From NCBI GenBank assembly GCA_040954595.2, contig CM082597.2:3272265-3336264 (forward strand): a stretch of 64,000 bases of DNA. Direction: 5' to 3'. Of this stretch, positions 55,201 to 64,000 are shown piece by piece. The notes below the pieces were generated by a model. That model was not told the DNA's origin and searched no databases. It saw only the letters and a program-made list of their open reading frames with translations. Origin of the DNA: Balanoglossus misakiensis. Its lineage: Eukaryota > Animalia > Hemichordata. Made by a program: the position numbers and the translations under genes. Numbering within the stretch: the first letter of the stretch is position 1; each line of letters starts with the position of its first letter.

Positions 55201-58200
55201 CATTCACCCTGTCTAGATGGAACACTGTACTGCCTCAACCAACCCTGCAGAGTACTTGAGTTTTGGAGGTGTTAATCTCAGCTGAATAGCAAATTCACCT
55301 TACACATGATTGACTTCAGCAAGTTCAGAATGGCAAGTTTTTTTCTGAAAGCTATAGACTGCTGAATTACAGGTGATCAACAAACAGGAGGTCATCTTCC
55401 TTTCATCTCCCGCGACCTACAAAACCTCAAACACCACCAGCACACACCAGATATTAAAGTCATTATTTAGCCCATACAAGGGAACGACCGCCGCACCCCT
55501 AAGCACTTGCGACGTCTTTTGTACCGCAATCCAATTCAACCCCCTCACACCGGTTTCATGCAGACTTTTAATTCACTGCGCTACACAATACACAAGTCCC
55601 TGGCCACGTTTGCTTGTTAACTCGGCCTGCAGGCTCTGCGGTTCCGTTCAACACCTATCACCCATTACAGATGCGATGCCAGATCATTAGATTCTGAAAA
55701 TTTTCAGGCGCGATCGCTGAAGGGGAAATGTGGTCAATGACATTTCCACTCGTAGTCGGACATCATTCCAAGTCTCACTGCACATGCAGACATGCTGCAT
55801 ACTGATGTATAAAATACTGAAATTGTCCGCCGATTTACTATAAATCATTTCATCCAATTACTTTAAACAAACCTAGTCAGTTATCTTAATCAAATATCAC
55901 TTTCATCGTTGTGTGAATTTATGCACAGGACCAAGCCAGCTACAGATGGCTGTTACCTGCAACCGGTTAGCCAGAGCAATATTCTTTCATCCACCCACAT
56001 GTCAAAACAGGCTGTCATCCAGTAATATAAATGTAACTGGCGATTTGTTTGACTAATAAAATGCATAAATAAAAAATTTGGTCGCCACCTCTAACCCATT
56101 GCCCCCAAATCTAAGGAATAATATTATGTTTATAAAAAAGTATGTCAATGATTTTTCCATTGACATCGGTCGAATACCAGTTGGGTGGAAACAAATTGCT
56201 CATTAGACGTCCTCCACCATATCGTACTTGTAAATCGTATCTGTAATTGGCCACATGGCGTTTGGCTTCTTCTATTGGATGTTGAGTGCGGTGTTCTCTT
56301 GTACGAGATGAAGACTGATACAGAGCAGAAATAGAAGGGGTGGCTCACCGAGGTCATACTTGTAGGTCGTCGGATGCTGACCCAAAAAATGACCCTTGTT
56401 GAAATTCGTGGACCTACACTCAGTGCTAGTACTAGACACCTGATATATGGTAGCCAGGGACCTAATGTGAATCTCGCTTTTTTCCCTCAATTCCCAGACA
56501 TGTCATGACATATAAGAAGTAGGCTAAAGCCAATCTTGAGAAATACCCCCAAAATAAATAAATAAACCATCAGCTTCTGAAATTGAGCAGGTTATGGTGT
56601 CGGCAGTCGATCAGGGGTAGAAAAAAAATCTCGGGAGTTAATAGCTTGACCTAGAGGGCAATCGGGAACACAGGGTGCACTATTTGTGTTTTGAGATCAC
56701 TGCGGGGACAAGCAGCGCATTCCAGCATAACTTACTGCAGGCAGTTCAGTAATCGGCAGCACGATTTTACCGTAGTATTTGTCTCGAAAATCAAATTCTT
56801 TAATTTTTTCTCGTAATTTTTTTGCACATGGAAACTTTTAGATATTCTCTCTTAAAATTAGGAATAAAAATAAGGGCCAATGTGCAAAATTTTGAATGAG
56901 ATCATAGCAAAATTGTCTCAAATTTGAAACTCAAAATGGCTGCCAATTGTACCGTACAGTTCGCCGTGTTTTAATTGTGCAATCGACAATGAACTAAACT
57001 ATTCAACAAATCCATACAGCTTACAACAAACAAGGCCAATCGCACACCAAAAGTGCCAAGACGCAAGTCCAATCACCCCTATTACCTTGTAAATGGACTG
57101 AACCATACCATACAAATCAATAGCCAGAGGGCCAGTCCACTAGTCTCAGGGTGACCGCAATCAAAAGCCTAATACAGCACTCCAGAAACAACAACAACAT
57201 CAGCAGTTAGGAATTCCAATTTCCAATTGTCTGGTCAAGTTCCTCACATACTGGAGAGTCTAATTTTAATTTCATGAGCTGTAGACAAACCGGGTGCATT
57301 GTTAGCCCGGCCATTGAATTCACCAAGGCCATGCTTTTGTGCCAGAGGTGACTCACAGACCGTGGCAGTTGGGTTTGTGCCGTACACGGCAAACAGTTGC
57401 CGAAAATTGGATTGTAGTTGACACTGAAAAGAACAACTAACTTCACATTGAATGGAAAGTCTGTGGTCTGCCATTGCTCGTGCAGTAGAACTGTCATCAT
57501 TGGATAATTGTCCCACAAATGCAGGATTTCCACTATACAGGACCAATCACGAACTATATAGTTAAACGGTATATGGTAAGCTAGAATTTGTTTAAAACAT
57601 GCGAAAATTCACACCTCTGTCCTAAAGTTGTGAACTACTTTGCAAGATAATCAGGTTTTCATTAACACTTTCTGTTAAATTCACTTCAATTTTACTACTG
57701 TATCAGCATTGAATGATGTTGAGAATCTCTTTACATAAGAGTCATGTTGGACCAACTGGCCTGGATCAGATTCAGAATGTGTCCAAATCGAAACATGTGT
57801 AACCATAGTTCTAGAATCTATTTACCCAGACATTGCTTAACAAATCTATTTAGCATTTTTTGGTTACCAATGCGAAAAAACAGTCGAGTATTTAAACTCC
57901 ATAGTTTGTCCGCCCAAAATGTCAATAACATTAAACTATCAGGAAAAGTTTGTTGCATAGGATATTGGTCCTGTGTAAATACACACGACCTGCTAATTGT
58001 GGATTTAATGCCAACACATAGACCTGGGTGTCCTATAAATTATCCAGTCAAGTAGATCTTGTGTCAATATGATGTAAAATACTTGCAGTCTTGCCCTACT
58101 TTTTACAACTGATCCATCGACCCCATGTGTGTTGGTTGTTGTGTGTGACCGACCGAATATTTGGACTTTGTTCAGATAATATTGGCACACCCAGAGTTCC

Positions 58201-58208
58201 CCTGTTCT

Positions 58209-58302
58209 TTAACCCATTTCACCACAGTGGTTCAGTCCAAATCCATTGATTTCTATGGTAAAATTGGACCTCTGAAGAGGGATCTGGGGGTGAAAGGGTT
58301 AA
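58209..58302 (+). mobile_element. piggyBac-type MITE copy in PHLDB intron 1
   Basis: TTAA-CCCATTTCACCACAGTGGTTCAGTCCAAATCCATTG ... GGGGGTGAAAGGG-TTAA. Confidence 0.85.
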
Positions 58303-58706
58303 TCCTCAGTGGCAGACATTTTAAAATTTGAAACACAGATGTACCGGTAGTTACGTATACTGTGACAGTGTTATTGCTAAGGTTGGATGATATAGGTTCA
58401 TTTGGGAGCTAAATTGACCATAACATTTCTGCTACCCACATATATGAAGTTGCATTCCATATACCTGTGGGAACAGGTTATTTAGTCTGAAAAAACCTTC
58501 ATCAGTTATGTCTACTACCCAATTGACTGACCACTTGTATGTAGGAAGTCAAAGGTACTGTTGGGATAATTTGCAAGACCGGTTCATGGAGTTATGTCCA
58601 GTTGCAAAACAAGTGACTTTTTAAATTCTTTTTGTATTTTCAGATCCTTAGAGGCGTGGTAAATTATTGGACAATTGGATCAAGAAATAGAAGACATTGT
58701 TGAAAA

Positions 58707-61700
58707 ATGATGCAGGTATGTGTCAGTTTGATTTTTGAGTAACATTCATAATATTGTAACAAGAAGATGTACCGGTAGAGTGTCACCTAAGGTTGGCTAA
58801 GTATCATTGTATTGAGAGTAAATAATATATTTTTAATGATATTGATTTGTGTTGACTTTTTTGGCAAATGTGTCAGTTTCTGATGACTGTTTTTGAATCA
58901 CAGTGAAAGATCTGAATAATACTGTGGGTATAGACTGATGTTTTCGGAGAGAGTGACTTGTTTGGCCACAGTTTGTTAAAAACATCTGTAACCCACAATG
59001 GAAAGTGACCAGCCTCCCTGTGGGCATCACTGGAATACAATACAGACATGCAAATTTCGGTTGAAGTTACCCGTACGATTATAATTGCGAACGCAGTAGT
59101 CGTTTGGCACTTTTTCAATGTTATGATTGGAAACAGACAAATACGACACCCAGTGATGTGGACTGCATTTTTACAAAGTTGCATAACTGTTATCGTTCAC
59201 TTGTAGAAAGTCAGGGCCGTGTCAAACACAGACAGAAGTCAACAAACATTGAAAGCAATTATCATGGATACCAGCAATTGCTGACATTGGCACTTAATTT
59301 ATTGACAGCACCTGCATTACTAATAATTTACGATCAGACATTGCAGATTTGATAGAGTAGGCTTGTAAATTCACAGGTAATTTTTCAACTTCTTGAAAAA
59401 GTATAATTGTGCTAACCACAGTCACTCCATTAACATACAGTAAGTATGAATTCAGCTAAAAAGGTTTGAAATGTGTGCTGTTGATAAGATCTACAAAACG
59501 ACAGCCTGAGACATGTGTATCAAGCAGCTATTTGTCATGCATTCCATGCCAGATACAGTCAAAATGCCTCTAGGGTTTCCAGCACTCAGACAGAACTCTC
59601 TGCGACCACTTCACACAACACTTGACAACACGTTCTAGATGTCGATCTCTCTGACATGCATTGTCCTCTCCGACTTGGTACGAGACTCCAAAGGTCACTG
59701 ACCCCACCACTGCCAGTGTGTTTTTGATCAACAAGCTGGGTGGCTGTTACAATATTCCTCCCTTTTCTATGCACACAGTAATGTCATACACATAATGGTT
59801 GAATTGGAATGCTTGGATACTGTGTAGTTTTCTAGGTAAACAGATGTGTGGGTGTGGGTGGGTGGCTAAGAGTTCTCCCTGAGGCTAGGTCACTATAGGT
59901 TGTGAAGTCTCCTGTGTATCAAGACTGCTAGATTCCTTGCTGTATGTGCATCTTCCAAAAACTGATATTAGAAGGGGTACCCCCTGGATCCCCCCCAACC
60001 CAGTATTAAAGGGCAATAGATATGGATAAAAGTTAGTGTACCAGTACTATATGCCACATTTGTCCAGGGGGTAACTGTCCTAGAACATTCTCCAAACCAT
60101 GGCTCCAGAATACAAACATACCACCGCTAATATTTCTTCCATATGAAGCTTAGCCCCACTTGGACTGGATCGTGCATGATTTTGTACTAGCAGACTGATT
60201 TGGATTTTTTTTTTTTTTTTTTTTTTGACAGGACGGTAGTTTGGCGTACAGCAACACCGGCAAGGCTATACGTGTCCAGAGCGAGAAACCTCATCTGGTC
60301 AGTCTGGGCGGTGGTCGTCTCAGCACTGCGGTCACTTTGCTGCCACTGCCTGAGGGTCAGTTATGGCTTGAGATCTTGAACTATTGGGATTTGGTTGATA
60401 TGTGTCCATTTGTTGTGATATGATGTGGTGTTGTGTAGTGTAGTGCGGTGATGTGATAAGGAACAGTTGCATTTACATTGTCATTTTAGCCTGCATATTT
60501 TCTATTACAATGTACCGATAGTTCATTTGGACTATCCGACTAATTAATGGCCTGTTAATTTTCTTTGCCCTACTTGATACAGGTAAGACTTACATAGGCA
60601 ATGCCAATGCAGGGAAGCAACCTGATATTGTCATCACTGGAACCGGCGTGGAGGCTGAACACTGCTACATTAAAAATGTCCAAGACGAGGTGATCTTGTA
60701 TCCCATTGGTCCGTGCCAGATTGACGGACAGAATGTGACCACGCCCACCAAATTAACACAAGGTATGGACACGTCGTGGGGATTGATACAAAAGAGGAAA
60801 CAAAGTTTTGATGGTCACACTGAGTAGGTTTGGGTAGGATTTTGAAGGACGCCTATTGCCATGACTACCAGGTAGAAAACTGGGTCTGTGAGAGAGAGTC
60901 ATGGCTGACCTATAAATATATTTTGACTCATGCAGTACCTAGGTGCTTGTAGCTGCTAGCAAACTTGTTCCCTAGACGAGACAATATTAACCATTTTGTT
61001 TCCATCTCTGTCCTTTCCTGACTCCATTTTCCATTCCAGGTGCAATGCTATGTTTTGGACGTTCCAACTACTTCCGGTTCAACCACCCGGCAGAGGCCAA
61101 CAAGATGAAACGGGAAATGCCAAATAACAACAGGATATCAGTAGCTCCCATCGGATTTATTCCAGGTAATGTCACACACCACAATCAAGAAGTGCCTGGT
61201 AGAACTTTCAAGGAATTAAGTTAAATAAGAAGGATTTTTGTACTACAGAAAATTTTAAAGCACCAATAGCTTGGAGATAAATGTTTACTTGATCATGAAT
61301 TATACTTGACTATTTGCAGGTATTGAATACAGACAGACATTCACCTACGACGACAGGATTATTGAAAAGCCCGAGGTGAAAAGTCCACTTGAGAAAAGCA
61401 TCGAAGATGATCTCGAACAAATCTTGAAAAGCGTCACCTTTAATGACGACATTCAGCTAATTTCAAGCCCGCCGATGTCCCCAATGTCGCCGATATACAC
61501 CGCGCCGGACGTGATCAAAGAAACGGTGCTCGTGGAAGATGTCGACGGCACCAACGCGACGAACGACTTTCAGCCACCTGTCAGCGCAATACGAGCGCGA
61601 TTCGAGGAGACCCCGCAGTCGCCGACGACGACGTGTCTCAGTCCAAAGTTAACGCACAACGGATTGCCGGAGTACAGGAAGCCAACCTCGCCGAGCAGAA

Positions 61701-63866
61701 TCAAGCTGGGACAAAGCAGTCTGTACGCGGGTCGGAAAAGCCCCTGCACATCACCGACGCAGCGGTACCACTCCAGGGTCGAAACGCCGGAATCTGAGAA
61801 GTCGTCATCAACGAGTTCCGTGATAACCATCTCGAGCGCCAACTCCAGCGAGGCGGACGTTTTTGTGACCCCGAGCCGGTCGCCGCTGACGAGCGAGAGC
61901 GCGATGAAACTCGACAACAGGAGAACGGTGCACGTTGACCCGGACGATTTCGACGACGCGGCCCAGAAGGAGATGTGCGTCCGACACGAGCAGATGATCG
62001 CGGAGCGCAAACGAGAACAGGAGATGGCGACGCTGGAGCGACAGAGGCTGGAGGAGATTCTCAACATCTGTGCCGACTACGAACAGGAGCACAAGCACGA
62101 GCAGGAGGAATCTGCCAATACCAGTGACAGGAATCAATCACATACAAATCACACGAGCCCCACGGTTGTTGTTAAACCACCCTTGCCTGAGAAGACAACA
62201 CAGGTGGAAATTATAAAAGCGCAAACCAGCATAGACGAGAGGAAAGATACGCCCCCTCCGAAACCACCAAGGACTGGTAAGGCACCGTCTATACGCACTG
62301 GAGCGAATGACACAACCAACAAACCATCCATTAGCCTGCATGTAAGTACGACCTTTGCACAATACTTGAGTTTGTAATACTCAAGACACCTCGCAAGTCA
62401 TGTTCAGATAAATCTCAATGATACCACGGTTAACGTTTTAGATACTGTCTTTCTTCCCAAAGGTTCTGTCAATAAGTTGAATGGAGAGTTTGATGGCCAA
62501 TAACAATGTCCCTGAGTAAAAGAACATTGGAATTGACAGGGGATCTTGCAGACCATGGCAGAGTTGGTTTTCATTCACAGACAGTAGATTTGTCCCTAAA
62601 GGAGAACAGTGGAGGCAGGATATTGTATTCCCAATCAGGCAATTAGCTAGAAAAACAATGGCAGCCTCCCTCCCACACTGATCTGTCAGTCCCTTCATAA
62701 TTGAACTGAGAATCTTTCAAAGCAAATCTGAACATGCTGTTTCCTTTGAAATGTAGTGTGGTTGACTGACTGTGACTGTGAAGGTCAGAACTTGGTCCCT
62801 TGGGACATGATTAGCCAATTTGCAGCAATGGATGGTCAAGCAGAATAATGGGACAGAGATTACATAATGGCTACACCTATAGTCATGTCCAGTGTCACCA
62901 TCACAATGAAGCTCAGCTCAGTTGATGTGTGATGAATGAGTTGTGTGTATGTGCTAGCTTCACCAGTTCAGTGTCATAATAGTTCTATTTGGAAGAAATA
63001 ATGAATGTCCCTGGATCAGTTTTGATGAAAAATACTACATTAGCAAATTGTTTGGTAGTGAGCCTTTAGGTTGACTGTAGGTGGCGCTAGTTTCAACATC
63101 CCGTGATTTTTGCAGATTTTGTTGGTTGGCACGAGTTCGCGAGTGTCCACTTTTAGACAGGACGCCCCCTAGAGTTTGCTTCGTGTGCAACAGACCAATT
63201 ACGGCCACCCACCGAGAATGTTGTGGGTGATTAGAAAACCTATAAATGTTGGTGCAGCCTTGAACTACCAGTGGCTGCAGTAGCAGTGTGGTTTAAGATG
63301 GTATTTTGATTGCCTGTTCTTTTGCTTGCCACCCAAACAACAGCAGATACTGCGGTTGTCTTTCGTACCACAAACAGTATCTGCCCATATCTTGGCCAAT
63401 TTACCTGTGTGAGGCATTATTCTACAATTTTATTACCTCATGATGAATTTCTGTTACAGTATACATAAGTTTCTATATTTGGTCGCATCAAATTATGCAA
63501 ATAACGCTTTCCGACAAATCGCTGTCTGTGTTTCAAATCGACAGAACAACAGAAATACTAAAATTTGTAATCTTATTACTCAGTAGTATTTTTAAAAACA
63601 TGTCTGATAGCTCTTTTTGGCCAATTATTGGTATTTCCCCAGGATTTTTTTACACGAACTAAAAAATTGTCAACATAGAGAGAGAAACCTAGCATTGGTA
63701 GATATTATCATCGACTGTGAATTAATTATCTTTTTTTTTTCTTCAGGAAATCACTTGCGAGATGGAACAACTTCAGAGTCGGAGAGAGCAGTGTGTTCAA
63801 CACATAGACGCGCTGGAACTGCAGTATGAAGAATTAGAAGCTGACACGGAAGAGGTGCTGAGAGAG
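58707..63866 (+). CDS. PHLDB1: Pleckstrin homology-like domain family B (LL5) protein, PHLDB1-like with N-terminal FHA domain; 3' part lies beyond the window
   Basis: Exons 58707-58715 (MMQ, preceded by an in-frame TGA), 60232-60355, 60583-60762, 61040-61165, 61320-62341, 63747-63866. TGKAIRVQSEKPHLVSLGGGRLSTAVTLLPLPEG, EHCYIKN...LYPIG, LTQGAMLCFGRSNYFRFNHPAEA and ERQRLEEILNICADY closely match recalled PHLDB1 sequence. Probably the single pro-ortholog of PHLDB1/2/3. Confidence 0.92.
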
Positions 63867-64000
63867 GTGAGAATTGGAAAATATTTCCAACGTTTGCCGT
63901 CTGCCATTTCCAAATTCGGCTTGCTTTGTACTAACACCAAATGCAATCTGACAGTAGCGTTCTCAAGACACATGCCAATGAACTCATGGGAGAAATCTGA

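Noticed and set aside
56755-56945. AT-rich segment resembling a decayed DNA-transposon fragment (similar-looking patches near 15060-15480 and 27230-27400)
   Set aside because: No paired terminal repeats or TSD could be defined within the window; needs a repeat library search.
49244-58643. Many short ORFs in the 9.4-kb PHLDB first intron
   Set aside because: Mostly non-ATG starts, no coding bias or domain similarity, and no coherent exon chain; treated as intronic.

Overview
Eukaryotic (metazoan) genomic DNA with short GT-AG introns. Gene content and style suggest a marine invertebrate deuterostome such as a hemichordate, echinoderm or cephalochordate (inference, not proven). There are eight protein-coding loci: an intronless TRIM-NHL E3 ligase (+), a divergent multi-exon TRPC-family channel (-), an uncharacterised 441-aa basic protein (+), UBE4A (-) head-to-head with PSMC4/Rpt3 (+), CBL (+), AAR2 (-) head-to-head with a PHLDB/LL5-family gene (+, runs off the window end). 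Introns and UTRs carry a piggyBac-type TTAA MITE family, Tc1/pogo-type MITEs, a 41-bp minisatellite and microsatellites. I saw no CRISPR array, rRNA, tRNA or autonomous transposon, and no convincing wholly new multi-gene system. The strongest leads are a frame-preserving 21-nt candidate microexon inside the CBL RING domain, a TRPC lacking the zinc-binding motif with an altered TRP box and alternative N-termini, an ancestral UBE4A-PSMC4-CBL-PHLDB linkage, an ARE at the UBE4A/PSMC4 bidirectional promoter, and inverted MITE copies in the putative CBL 3' UTR. Exon boundaries were read by hand and may be off by a few bases.
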